Source: Aplysia californica (taxonomy: Eukaryota). Taken from it: a stretch of DNA of 64,000 nt. Position numbers and translations under genes: made by a program. The stretch spans positions 91,608-155,607 of the forward strand of contig NW_004797343.1 of the NCBI RefSeq assembly GCF_000002075.1. Direction: 5' to 3'. Below the pieces are notes generated by a model that did no database searches, had not been told where the DNA came from, and saw nothing but the letters and a program-made list of their open reading frames with translations. Every line of letters starts with the position of its first letter. The first letter of the stretch is position 1. This document shows positions 1 to 12,498 of the stretch, piece by piece.

Positions 1-638
1 CGATCGTAATAAATGAATGTTAGATCTAATCTAGTAACTAGTAGTACTAGTAGTCTTATAATTTTATTCACAGAAGGGCGCGGTAGCGTCAGGAGGTCCT
101 ACACAACGTTAACAAAGTCAAACAACAAAACAACGTTAACAAAGTCATATTATGACCAAACAATCTAGTAGGGCTAGGCCAAGACGACGATGCTCGACAC
201 TCGACTCTATAGGCCTAGGCCTATCGATTACTGAACAGAACAGGTAGAAACACCGTCCGATTACTACCGAGCCAAGATGGCGGCCAGGCCCGGGCTGGGG
301 TAACAGACGAAAAAGTGCCGAAAATTGGAAGCCTATGCACTGAACGTTAGATCTATAGAACGAAGACACTTCCTTTTTTCCGGACCCGAGTCCGAATAAC
401 ATTTTTTCACATATTCGGACTCGACCGGATGATCTGGTCACAACTGACACTACCTTACTAAAATTAGCAGCCAATCAGGCAGGTGCGTCGTCCTACGTTT
501 AGTCGCATGTAACCAACCAGCCAGATGGTAACTTTAGTAAAGGATGGTAAAAATGAAAGGGTACTCCAATGAATGTGAAGAACAGATTGATTGATGCAAC
601 TTTTCCAAACGAGTAGGAATCATTATAAAATCACTTAC

Positions 639-747
639 AGACGGTGATAAAGCCAACGATGATAGCAATAAGCACACCAAGTATAGCTGGGTCCTGCCTC
701 TCTATCCCCTGGACGACAGTTTCGACAAGTTCCGATGCACCAGCCAT
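639..747 (-). CDS. SRPRB: First coding exon of a divergent gene, probably signal recognition particle receptor subunit beta (remainder lies left of the window)
   Basis: Reverse complement reads gccaacATGG (good Kozak context), then MAGASELVETVVQGIERQDPAILGVLIAIIVGFITV plus 1 nt, then a GTAAGT donor (638-633). The Q-D-P followed by a hydrophobic signal anchor resembles my recollection of the SRPRB N-terminus (QQTDPTLLSVVVAVLAVLLTL). The exon is well supported; the name rests on only 36 aa. Confidence 0.7.
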
Positions 748-749
748 GT

Positions 750-1670
750 TGGCACTAACAGAAGTAGAACACACACGGCTCTTCACTCATCGGCTCGGTG
801 ACAGCAAAGGGCAAGAACTGTTGTTGATGTTGAGAAGTAGATTCTAATTCTAGGCCCAGCCTAGTAGTTCCGGGTTGTAACATGTCGGAATGATTTGCTT
901 TCATAATTATTTATAATTGTTCATGCATTAAAGTTATAAGATACACATATAAGATATTTCTAATTACTCTCAATATATGTGTATTACATTCTACGTGCAT
1001 ATTTGGGTTTCCCAGTGGTCCTGGTGGAACAGGGTTATAAAAAAGGCCAAGTCCTTATTAGAAAGATCGTTTGACATTGTCGTCGAAGTATCTTTCTTAC
1101 GATGAACTAATTACTTAGATCCATGGCCTCTTGGCTAGTGGCTAGCTCTCGATTGAGTCTCGATCAACTGCTGCTAACACACTCACAGAGCTGAGACAAC
1201 GACGATGACTTATCGAGGAAGAAAAAGGCTGTTTTGATCGTGGGGTGTCGCATTATAGGCTAATCAACCAAATTAATAATTTTAGAGTTTTTGCTGTCTC
1301 TGAATATGTTGTTCAGCGCTAATTTCTTTGGAAGCCAATTTCTTTCTCCGCAATTTTCAAGTTCCACTGAATGACTGATACCCTTTGCTTTGCCTTGCCG
1401 ATATTGATGTCACAAACACCAGAGACGACACAACTGACAACTAGAATCTAGATCTAGATATCTAGAATCTAGATCAGATCTAATCTACAGTTAAATTCTA
1501 GGCCTACAACACGGTACACCACCAGCCTTTTATTTTCATCCACCTCACACATATTGTTTGGCTACGTTTGTCACTTGTGTGGGAGGCTTACCAACTTGGC
1601 TGTCGCTGTCATCACTTCTTCTGTACTCTGTCTGAGTGTACTGTAGATGGAGACTGCTCATGAGGTAGGT
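750..1670. promoter_or_regulatory. Putative bidirectional promoter and 5'UTR region shared by the SRPRB-like gene and VEPH1
   Basis: Lies between the two divergent start codons. CpG is retained relative to the gene body and TCTAGA/TAGGCCTA motifs cluster here. There is a candidate + strand 5'UTR donor GAG|GTAGGT at 1664/1665, and the VEPH1 ATG exon starts with an acceptor (tacag|, 4895), which implies an upstream non-coding exon. Confidence 0.5.
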
Positions 1671-1689
1671 TCTCAGGATTCATGTCAAC

Positions 1690-3130
1690 AGTTTGCTTCA
1701 GACTTCGTCACACAGTTATTTCGCAACACCGGTGCAGTCAAGACGTCACAGTCATCTCGCCACGCCCCAAATCCACATGGTGGAATGGATTAGATCTATA
1801 TGGTCATTTCGTAGCACACTTTTGCAAACATCAAACACTCATTGTGACATTATCATGGCAGTTGCAAATCACGATTTTTGGGGGAGCATTGGGGCTGTGT
1901 GTGGAGGGATGGCGGCGCCTGTGCGAGTCGTCATGCCTACCTGATCTGCTACACTGTCCATAAATACATTGACAATATTGAAAGGAAGTTTGTCTATCCT
2001 CACCCGGGGTGAGAATAAAAATTACGATCGACCTCTCACCGGGGGTGAGACTTGCCAGGGTTGGCTATTCTCACCCAGTGTGAAACAAGACCTGTTTTTC
2101 CTAATTTCAGAATACTGTCTCTGTGTGGATGATCAGATAGACAAAAACAAAGAAAAAAATAACGTTATCAAAAAGTAAGCTAATTAGGTTGTCTACAAAG
2201 ATGCTATGGCTATTTCACTTTTCGAATCGAGCAGAACTACGCGAGTCGCCATTTTGTTTTGCCCGCAAGTTATCGCAAGATCTACTCCTTCTCTTCTCTC
2301 TCGCACTCTCTTTCTGAATACTGTCTTTTCAGTGTGGACGATCAAATTGACGAAAACAAAGATAAAAAATTATGTTAAACCACAAAAGTAAATTAATTCT
2401 TTGGTCTTCTACAAAGGTGCTACGGGTATTTAACTTTTTTAATCGAGCCGAAGTATGCGGATCGCCCTTTTGTTTTTCCCGGAAGTTCTCGTGCTCCTCC
2501 TCTCTCTCTCCCCCTCCCCCCCCCCCACCTCTCTCTCTCCCCCCTCCACCTCTCTCTCTCTCTCTCTCTCTCCCTTCCCCCCCCCCTCTCTCTTTTTCTC
2601 TCTCACTGCCCACAGACAAAATGGCACGCTTTCAACACAAGAACGCTGGAATATTTGTTCACGGTGAACGCTACACTGGTTGGCCTATACAGTGAAGGCA
2701 CACCGGGGGAGAATAGCTAAAAGGCACGGGGTGAGAATAAAGGTGGCCATATTGAAATCAGATCAACAAAGTTTTTAGGTATTTGATGAAAGGTGTAATT
2801 GGCAAGACCATATTATTAGTATAGATATAGAAGTGTACGGTACGTACTGCGATTTTGCTAAGAGCTATCCTTACTTTCAAACTTAAAGCCTTAGAATTAA
2901 GTCTTTACCAGACATTGTTTTTGCCATATATTTAAACAAATTGTTCAACTATGAAAGTTATAATGACGATTTAATTTACATAATTGATAATTTATAACTT
3001 CAAAAAAAGCTTTAGGCTGATCCTCCAAAACTCTACTAGCTTAAAAACGATTTTGGAGCGATCTATATATAACTCACTTGCGACTGGGCCCTTTCACCAG
3101 TCACAAGCGTTGAAGAAGTGACTGGCGTTT
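1690..3130 (+). mobile_element. Degenerate copy of the non-autonomous DNA element also found at 50705-52682, interrupted by a MITE
   Basis: caccggtgcagtcaagacgtcac, gatgaaaggtgt.attggcaaga and ctgatcctccaaaactctactagc are shared with 50730-52590. Ends are approximate. Confidence 0.7.
1984..2748. mobile_element. MITE with 9-bp TSD (Mutator-like)
   Basis: atattgaaa is duplicated at 1975-1983 and 2749-2757. GG...CC termini, imperfect terminal and subterminal inverted repeats (tattctcaccc / ggggtgagaata). Confidence 0.7.
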
Positions 3131-3724
3131 TTGGGGGTATTTCAATAAATCACCACAACTCTCAGAATTACCCTATTGTAATCATTTTTTGACACAGTAA
3201 AGTAACATTCAAGCTTAATCTAATACAAAAAACTAAAATTGTCTAAGTCTAATACTTTAATTTGTATATATGATTTTTAAAAAATTGGCATGAATTTGAT
3301 TTTCCGAAAAATTTCCAAATTGCACAGACACTTTCCCCGCCTTTGTCGTTACTTTGTGACCTCACGAAATAAAATTTAGTATGTCTCGCAAATTTACGAG
3401 TAGAGATATCTGTTACAATGGTCAGGGAAGAGTTCACAGTTCGATGTGATCCCGTCTGGAGCAAACTTATATTTAAGCCCAAGACGCCCAGAGTGTGATG
3501 TAAGTTTAGGTGAAGAGCTGTGATGATGCGAGTGTGGTGTTTAGGGAAAAGAAACGCGTCGGCTAGGTGTGATCATGTCTGGCAAACTTTGTACTGTTTC
3601 ATCGAGTTTTGCAACGCACATGTGATCACATTCTCGAGATTGGCTGATCTGTGACGCGATGGGCAGTTTAATGATCTCAACTTTTCACTCTTGGTTGATC
3701 GGCTATGCCCGCCCGAGTTTTTGT

Positions 3725-4128
3725 TCTTTAAATGTGAAATCAAGCGCTCGTCAAAAGAAATCAAAGAAACTGACATTTTTTGTCTGTTTTTATCCAATTT
3801 TTGTTTTTTGACTCAACAACTTTAAGGTCCTTTTAAAAATACGTTTCTGGGTGGATTTCACTTTAAAATGTTGATTTAAGGCACAAAAATGTAAATTTGC
3901 AGTTTCTATGGCCTCTCAAGCTTTGGAAGTCGCCAAACTTTGGAGAATTTTACTTCTTAATCCAGGCGACCCCGGCCTCCTTCAATCGCAAATATTCGAC
4001 TTCTATTCATGAAAGATGAGTATTTTTTTCACCAGAAGCAAGACAACTGAACAACCTGTAAAGTGATACCAATAACTCCACATGTCCAAAAATTTATGAG
4101 CACCTGATTCCACCGCGTCGTGACACAG
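3725..4128 (-). mobile_element. ~400-bp MITE, family X copy
   Basis: Inverted ends gtgaaatcaagcgctcgtcaaaa ... gagcacctgattccaccgcgtcgtgacaca. Homologous to 8575-9805, 20341-20756, 31237-31665 and 47855-48250. Confidence 0.7.
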
Positions 4129-4904
4129 ATTATTACCTGAAATGCAGGATCTTAGACGAATGTAGACCTTCAGAATGAATCAGAGCAGGATTTTAGGGGT
4201 GACTTTTGTGTAGTTGGTAAAAATACTGTTTTCTTTAAAAAAAGGGATCTTAAACAAACCAGAATCGTACGTAGTGGGATCTTAGGTGGAGACTACTGTA
4301 TAGGTCTAGGTCTAGAATTTGATCTGAGACAATTATGATTAACTTTTAACTAATTTGAAGATTGAGGGAGGGGGAGAGCATTTGGTTACTTTGTTCTTTC
4401 ATTTGCCTGTAGTATTTTATAAGCTATAAAATACTAATATTATTCAAAGGGAAAGGCTTTTATAAATAAAAACGTACTGAAGTCTAAAGTACGTACAAAC
4501 AAGACCAAGATACTAAGAATCAACACCACCTGGAATTGTGCCTGAAAAGAGAAAGAGGGAGCATGTATATCACTATTATATTAGAACACTTGATTGGCTC
4601 CCAAAAACAACCAAAATTACATAAAATTATATGACTGGTGTCCTATGCCTAATGAGAGCTACTGGCAAGGAAGGTCAAAAACGTGCTGCGAAGTCCTTTT
4701 TCTCAGCTAGCTCTATCTGGAACTCTCTCCCTCAGCATATTTTGAGGGGTATTAAGTCAGAGCCAAAGTTTTAAAACCTCTTTTATATTGTCATTATGTG
4801 ATTGGCAGGTCTGTATTAAAAGTTCACGTTCTGTGTATTTATATTTTAAGAGTAAGTCGTAAATTGTGTCTTGTTTACATTTTTTAAAAATACAGGGCAA
4901 GAAA

Positions 4905-5113
4905 ATGAACAAGCTGTTCGCGGAGGTGTTAGCAAAGAAGGATCTGTCTAAAGCTGGAGAACTATTCTCACTGAGTGATGATTTGATCGAGAAGGATCTG
5001 GAAAAAATTGTTGAAGAAATCATCGTAATTGCGGATTCTGATGAGTATGAGAAAAGTGACAATGACCAAAGTGTGGTGGAGATCTGCATTACCCGCATAA
5101 CCACAGCAATCAG
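4905..5113 (+). CDS. VEPH1: Melted/VEPH1 homolog, coding exon 1
   Basis: [23 protein letters not shown]...[18 protein letters not shown] is the characteristic Melted/VEPH1 N-terminus. Acceptor at 4895, donor AG|GTAGGA, phase 2. Confidence 0.95.
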
Positions 5114-5722
5114 GTAGGATTTAAATTATTTTTGCCTGAATGCATATTTTTGACACAGTTTCATGACTTTTTGCTGTAAACATAGATTTATTTCAACTTG
5201 TTCATAATCTTGATAAAATAATTTCTATTCCTTCACATTATTGTCCATAAAACAGGGATCACTTCCCTTAGGTTTAAATGTTCGGCCCATATTACATGAA
5301 TTCCTTTTTACCCGATATATGTCACTTAACCATTTTGTTTTGTTTTTGTTCTCCTTCAGGGGAAATGGGGGAGGGATAATGTTACCTTTTTGTCATAATC
5401 AAATTAAGACAAGGACAATATTGGTAGAATGGTCAGAAACATTAAAGATAGTCTTGGCTAGCTTTGTATTGTAAGTTGGTTCTCGCCTCTTTAACTCTAA
5501 ACAGTTCTTTCCTTTAAAAATCGAACAAAGATGTTTGATGGTTTTGGAAGGCCATGAATCTCATATTTTTGTCTAATTTATTCATTTTGGTGCTTGTACA
5601 TAGAGTGTAGACTTGATTCTGGTGAATTACCCCCCCCCTAAAAAAATTAATTAAAAAAACATTTTTTTTCATACTTAAATGTGTGTTGCGTTTTACCTAA
5701 TTTATCATTCTCATCTGACCGC

Positions 5723-6303
5723 TAGAGCTGGGTCACGAGCGCGAGAACGGAACTTTTTCGCCACTCTTGCCTGCGGAACGCGATTCACTTCAGCGGAATG
5801 CGATTCCCGATTCACTTCAGCGGAACGCGGAACAGTATCGCCTTCCAATTCCCGATTCACTCCCCTGCCGCTGTCACCACCTTGTGGCTTGTTTGTAACC
5901 TACTGCTCAGTCGAGTCGCGAGCGCAAGAACGGAACGGAACACTCAGTATGGCTCCCCTTATTTTACAAAAGATGGTATAGTCCAACCCCCCTATTAAAA
6001 CAAAATGAACCAATAGACAGAAGGAATTTTATGGAGCCATTGTTTTAGCAAATCATGGGATGGGGGGGGGGGGAATTTATGGGGGTCGCTAATTGAGGTC
6101 AGTAGATAGAGCAGCGCAACGAAGGGTGGGGGGCGGAGAGGTTGGCGGGGACAACAGGAGTGGGACTCTCGCTGGCCAAGTGGCGTTGATATGACACTGT
6201 TCCGTTTCAGTCAGTGTTCCGCTGCAGTTCCACAAGCGATTCTTTGAAGCCGACTGAATCTTGAATCGCCACTGTCAGATTTGGCGAGCAGGATCCAGCT
6301 CTA
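5723..6303. mobile_element. hAT-type MITE
   Basis: TIR TAGAGCTGGGTC ... GATCCAGCTCTA; 8-bp TSD ctgaccgc (5715-5722) / ctgtccgc (6304-6311); CpG-rich internal subrepeats. Confidence 0.8.
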
Positions 6304-7206
6304 CTGTCCGCCGTCTTGAATTACCTTCTTTTATACAAAAATCAAAGCAAGAACGAAAAATTCACCTATATAGGCTAAATTTATGGACCCAAAGGACAGA
6401 TAAAGCTATGCAGCTCGAATTGCGATGTCTGAGAGCCAAGGGGAGGCTCCTCTAGCAATATTATTTCTATTTATAGAAATCTCAAAAGTAGATCAAATAT
6501 GCAAATGAGTTGAATGAAATCTGTGATTTGTGTATAAAATGAATACCTACCCAATATGCATTACTTTTAGGTGAAGTACCACAGTCATATGAGCCTTCAC
6601 TAATATATAATATTTTTTAATGCAATCAGACTATTCGTTTGCATTTCAAATTTGGACAAGTAGGTTATGGTACTAAAATGGTTGTCATTCCTACTAGTTG
6701 GCCTGAAATAACTTAAAGTTTTGGTATATTTTGTAGAATCAAATGTTTTTACAGAAACTGATTCGATTTCTACTTTATATATATCAAGGAACATTTGATG
6801 TAAAGTAGAAATGGAATCAGTTTCTTTGAAAACGTTTTTTTTTCTTTCTTTGCCTATGTAAAGATGAGGGGGGAAAAGTCATTTTTTCTGTTTTTAGATA
6901 GGGTACCAAGTAAGTGGGTCACAAATGCAAATGAAACATCATACACTCATAATTATTGTATTAAACCAAAGTCCACTCAATAACCTTTCCATTGATATAC
7001 AACACTTATATTGTGTTGACCATCACAGGAATTTATAAGATTTTTAAATCTACGTCCACTCTCTTTACCTTAAAAAACTGGCCCAAACCCGAGAACCTGT
7101 TAAAAGTTAAACTTACGCATTTTCTTAGATGTTATACTATTCATTTAATCTAACAGATGTCATACAGAAATGTTCAATTAAATGTTAAATCCCTTTTTAT
7201 ATTCAG

Positions 7207-7351
7207 AGAGACAGAAAATATCTGCAAACATGCTGAGCCACTTGTCCGTCTGTTGTCGGTGTGCCACAAACATAACTTGTCTCAAGTGGCCAAAGATGAG
7301 GATCCTCCACACGCCAAAATTGCATCAGACATCATGAGTCGTCTGTTCACG
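7207..7351 (+). CDS. VEPH1: VEPH1 coding exon 2
   Basis: ttcag|A, ETENICKHAEPLVRLL...DEDPPHAKIASDIMSRLFT, |GTAAGA; phases 2/0. Confidence 0.95.
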
Positions 7352-8175
7352 GTAAGAGAAACTGAAGTTCCCTATATTGTCACACATCAGTTTTGTTTAA
7401 AGGCAATAACAAATTGTATAAATATACAGTCAAACATGAGTTTACCCTCTCTCTACGGCATTCCTCCTTAGAATGTTGACTGTCTACACTGGTCTGTGTA
7501 CTTCTGTTCCCCTCTCTTGGGCACTTCCAAACTGACTTCCAAACTGACTGAAGGCTTCTCAGCTGTTTCTAGCAGACCACTCACTGATGCTGCTTAGGTG
7601 GCTTTTCTTTTGTAATCCATAATTTTGTCATTCTGTCTACTTTCGTATTATGTATCCACAGGGCTGCCCATCATTACGAATTAGTTGCAGTTTTGATTCA
7701 GTTTTTTTAAAAATACAATCGTAGTTGCTCCGATTACGATTTGCAAAAAAAATTGTTAACCTTTTGGCTCTCACAACCGGTCCCCATCCTCCCAGTGTAT
7801 AAGGAAGAAAAACAATCTGACCCTGACAGTCTCTGTCAGTCTGTCACTTTCAGCTGTATAACTGAATACAGAACCCTTGTAGTCACTCAGTGCCATTTTG
7901 CCCTAACAAAACATTTGTTGGCTAAAGCCAGGAGTGAGGGAATTATTAGTTTGACATGGGTGTAAAAAATTCCTGCTCTTTGCGGTATGGGTGTTGGGTT
8001 CGGGCAGATGAAAGATTTGTTAAAATTTGAATATTGTTTGAAACAATCAGCTGCAGAAGGCTGCATGGTTCACAGTGATGCGCAATCAGTATCAGAGGCT
8101 TGTGGTGGGTCCTGTTGGGTTCTTTTCATTTTTGCAAGAGTCAAAGTCAAGCTGACAGCTGGAAACTACTACCCC

Positions 8176-8226
<51 letters not shown>

Positions 8227-8574
8227 TTTTTAAAATTCGACAATGAGCAGCCAGCTGAGACTTTTATTGCACCTTTGTTTATTTTACTTACATTCTTAAA
8301 CCTACAACCCCTATCCTTGACACCCCAGGGAAAAACTATCGAAGGCATAACATAAATTTTGTTTGCCAGATTACCAATTCTTTATTTGTTGATTACTAAC
8401 ACATATTGCTGGTGGGTGAGCAGACCTGTGTCGAGATTCATCGCCAAGGGTAATGTTACTTTCTTCATGTTGCAGATGTAGCGTGCATTCTGCACTGGAT
8501 CTCCAGCTTAATTAATGCAGTGCTATAGTTGGTAACAACCTTAATGAGAGGCTCCCTGTTGTTCTGAGTATAAT

Positions 8575-9805
8575 ATGTGTCACAACGCGGTGGAATAAAG
8601 TGCTTGTCAATTTTGGGGCTTACGGAGTTACCGGTATCTTCTTAAAGCCTGTCCAGTTTCCTTGCTTTTAATGAAAAAAATATTCATTTATCCTGGATAC
8701 AAGTCAAGATATTGGCGACTGAAGGAGGTGGGGTCGCCTCGTTTCAGAGGTAAAATTCGCGAGAAAATGGCCGCCAAAGTTGAGTTACAGTCAAACCTGT
8801 GTAAGACGGCCACCCATTGTCAAGGAGAAAAGTGGCCGTATAAGACAATTGGCCGTCTTAGGCAGGACTGATCAAGATGAAGAAAACAAACCCCATTCCC
8901 AATCGACAGTAGCCGCATTTTTGTTGTTTTTGTTGTTGTTGGTTGTATTTTGTTTGTTATTTTTATTTTGTTGCTGATTTTGTGCAAGGATGACAATAAA
9001 ACGAAATATGTGAGACAAGGAGGACCGAGTGCTATGGTAAAACAAACACATGGGTCGCCACCACTCGAAGAACGAGCAACAGTTCTGTCACAAGTCCATG
9101 TTGACGTCCATTGTTACTTTGTTACAGACTGGGTAAACAGTGACCACTCATCTCACTTACGATTTGTGTATATGAGTTCTGGGCGGGGCTTATGGGTTAT
9201 GAGGGATCACACGCTTCCCTCACCAGCAGCTGGAAATTGGTACCTATTGGTCAACAGTGAGAGGGGCCTACGCAACATGATCGGTTGGAGGGACTACCTA
9301 ACAACAATGACAGGTGATAAGATTATGACGGCTCACCCACAACGCCAGGGGCCAATGCATGATTTATGACAAAACGTAATGGAGTCACTAGGGTGGCCGT
9401 CTAAGACAGGTGCTATTGCTTAGTGTGATAGGTGTTGTGTGTTAAAATATGGTGGCCGCGGCCGCGTTTGACAGGTGCCCGTTTTACACAGTTAAATTAT
9501 ATATAGAAAAAACGCAAGGGGGGAAATGGAAAGTGTCCGTTTGTACAGGTGGCCGTCTTATAGAGGTGGCCGTCAGGGAAGGTTTGACTGTATTTCCTTA
9601 GCTTGAGAGTCCGTGGAAACTGAAAAGTTACTTATTTTATTACTTTAATCAATGCTTTTCAGTAAAATTCTCACAGAAATGTTTTTTAAAGAGCATGAAA
9701 GGTGTTAAGCCATAAGACAAAAATTCGATAAAAATTCCGAAACCTGCTAAAAAATGCCAGTTTCTTGACTTTCATTATTTTGATGAGGGCCTGATTTCCC
9801 CTTGC
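8575..9805 (+). mobile_element. Family X MITE split by a pogo/Tigger-type MITE
   Basis: Flanks 8575-8787 and 9593-9805 join to match the uninterrupted copy at 20341-20756 (gccaaagtttgataatttccatagcttgagag). Confidence 0.75.
8788..9590. mobile_element. Tc1/pogo (Tigger-like) MITE
   Basis: TA|CAGTCAAACCT ... AGGTTTGACTG|TA with repeated subterminal ggtggccgtc motifs. Confidence 0.85.
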
Positions 9806-9869
9806 TGCCCACATATACTTTTTGATGTATTATAAAGCCAAAACCAGATATACCAGATGTTTTCTTCAG

Positions 9870-10090
9870 CATCTGTGGTGTAACGGTTTGGTTCTTGGCT
9901 GTTGCACACAAGAAACATAAGTTCGATTCCCATCAGGGAAAGTTTTTTAAAAACTAAGTATCTCTGTTTGCTGGGGTGTTTGTATCCCATTCAGCCTGAG
10001 TTGTCCCTGGGGGGCAGCATCAAAGCAGCCCACCTCAGAGGTGATCTAAATTGAGTCAACATGGGTGTAACACATTTACTTTTATAATTG
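9870..10090 (+). mobile_element. Old tRNA-derived SINE (second family)
   Basis: Degenerate A box (tggtgtaacgg) and B box (agttcgattcc). The body gtatctc...ggggtgtt.gtatccc.ttcagcctg recurs at ~25930-26040 and ~36390-36510. Confidence 0.5.
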
Positions 10091-10277
10091 CTACAACAAT
10101 TCTAATAACAACCCGGATACAATGTTCCTTGTCTAGTATTTATTTTCATTTGTTCTACTTCTTATTTCCTCTACTTTTGAAAGTATGAAATGCCGGATAC
10201 AATATTCCATTGGTAGCTCTTGTTTTTGTTATCTTTGTTTTTATTTGTACCACTTGTTATGTCCCGTGTTTTGGCAG

Positions 10278-10452
10278 TACTACAGCAACAAACATGTGAT
10301 GACGCTGACCATCCCAGCAGTGGTCCAGTTCCTGGACTGTGACAACAAAGACCTGGTACGCAGCGTGGCCAGTTATCTCTCCCTGGCCACCATTGACAAC
10401 GCTGATCTCCTGGCACATCACATGACCCTAGTACTCTCCACTGTCTTGAAAG
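10278..10452 (+). CDS. VEPH1: VEPH1 coding exon 3
   Basis: ggcag|YYSNKHVMTLTIPAVVQFLDCDNKDLVRSVASYLSLATIDNADLL...VLK G|GTCTGA; phases 0/1. Confidence 0.92.
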
Positions 10453-10571
10453 GTCTGAGTCTAATATATGATGTGGTTGGTTGGTGAGGGTTCTGGTGTG
10501 ATTTACTCCTTCTTTCCTGCCAAGCATCTCTTTTCTTCATCTCTCCTCTTTTCTTTGTTGGTTACTCTCTC

Positions 10572-10965
10572 ATTAACCACCCCCTGGGGCGGTGCTACTG
10601 ACTGAAGTGTCTTTAGGCCATTCCCAAAAGGGGGACATTAATATGTTCTTATGCACGGTAGAATTGTAAATGGGCTGACTCATCAATGTCATGCTCATAA
10701 CTGTGCCTGAACTGCTTCTTCTTTCCTTATCCTTACTGTTGTTATTTTTCCTCCACTTTTTTGTATGTTGGTCACACTCTTGTGACCCACTATTTCTGGA
10801 GTGCCTTGATAGAAGAAGCAGACTTTGTGTTGTTGAGGCTAGAGAGGTGAGCAGAGTGGGCCTGATTCCCTGTATGGACTTCTCTGTTGACATCCACCCT
10901 TTGGCGCTCGTATGACCTTATGCAGTTGCGAGCGCCGTAAATACTCTACTGAAACTAAACTAAAA
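10572..10965 (+). mobile_element. 5'-truncated retroposon 3' end inserted in another repeat
   Basis: Ends in the GGCGCTCGTA-loop-TGCGAGCGCC hairpin plus an (AAACT)n tail. It splits a repeat that is contiguous at 33961-34121 and 23100-23260. Confidence 0.65.
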
Positions 10966-12334
10966 CTCTCAGTAACACCTCTAATATATGACACTTATAT
11001 GACCTATTTGTGTGGCAAAACTAAACATATTTGTAATAAGTTAGTTGAAGGTTTTTATTTAAGTAAGTTAAGATATGATGGCAAATGGGAATGAAAAGAA
11101 CAAAGTGACATTAGTTTTTCATGGAGAAAAATATCCAGGGAAATGATTTCGTTCACTTAAACTTTAAACTGAGCCATGAGCAAAGTTGACCATAGTCAGC
11201 TGTTTATGGTTTTAGAGTCTAAAAAGGATTTGCGATGTGTCGGACATTTTGTAATTATTGGTCAGTGGTGGTGGTTACTGGTACTTATTTTGGGGGTAAA
11301 AGCAAAATTCAGTGTCCCCCTTCCCACCCCATCTTCATTTCAAACTGTTTGACATAATGAGCAGATCTGTGGTCATAGTGGGGTTGCAGCTATGTTTTAC
11401 TGGAACAGGAAATAATTGACTGTGATCTATGGGATGATTGGAGACATAATGATGTGGGGGCAGTCAAACCTGCCGTAATGGAACCGTGTCCAAGATGGAA
11501 ATCTGTCATGATGGAATCTCCCTGCTCCCCCCCTTTAATAAATTCTTCTATAATACATCATTGAAGACAGAAACCTTCACAACCCGGAAACAGACAGAGA
11601 AATTTCTTCCTTTGGACAGAAAATGCTTTGCCGTTCAACCCTGATTTGGTGAAATGAAATTCCCAAGTTTGGTTTCACAGGCTCTAACCTTTATGCTTTG
11701 CCACACCAACAGACAAGGAAGGAAGGGGTGCGGTTTGAGGATAGCTACCCCACCCATGTGACCCCTGAGCAATGCAGGTGATTAAGGTGGTTTGGGTGTG
11801 AAATTTCAGAGCTGCTTGTTGTCAAAGTGCTCAAGTGGCAAGCCAGGCCAGCATTGAAACTTTTATGGTTAACCAGAAGCGTGAAATTTGACCACTGCCG
11901 GACACCCCGATTGTACAACAGAGAAAGAAGTTCCCTGAATGGTTGTTACATTCAGGGGAGGAGTGGCATTGATTGATTGTGCAATTACATTGGTGGAGCT
12001 GATGGTGGAAACAAAGGGGATGTTCAACCGTTTCTATTTTGAATAGGTTAAACTATGCTCCTAATGAGATGCAAGCGCTGATGGCTATAGAATAGTAAGA
12101 CTAGTGCATGCCATTATCAGAGCGGCTTGGTAGCACTTGGGAAATGTGAAGTTTTGATCAGTGGTTGCAAACTGAACAATTGACTTTGATCCCACAATGT
12201 ATGGCTAACTCTCTAACCCTCCCCCCGAAAAATGTCTTAGGCAGAATTTTTTTTCTCGCTGCCTTGCAATTCCTTCTAGAACATGTTCGACTGTACTTTA
12301 CTTTTACTACTACTTTTATTGTTTGTGTGTCTAG

Positions 12335-12498
12335 GAAACTACCTACTTGGCCAGGTGCTGCCCCAGATCTACGACCAGAACCCGGGCCCTGTGCTGGAGA
12401 GAGTGGAGGAGCTGGCTGAGCTGTTAGAACGTTGTGACACCACAGAGAAAGTCTGCTTTGTACAGCTCTTTAGTAAGGTGGCCAAGACTCACCCTAAG
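12335..12498 (+). CDS. VEPH1: VEPH1 coding exon 4
   Basis: ctag|GA, NYLLGQVLPQIYDQNPGPV...VAKTHPK, |GTAAGA; phases 1/0. Confidence 0.92.

Noticed and set aside
2329-2695. Pro-rich and Glu/Arg-rich ORFs (similar ones at 41435-41875)
   Set aside because: They are translations of CT/GA low-complexity tracts with no splice or homology support.
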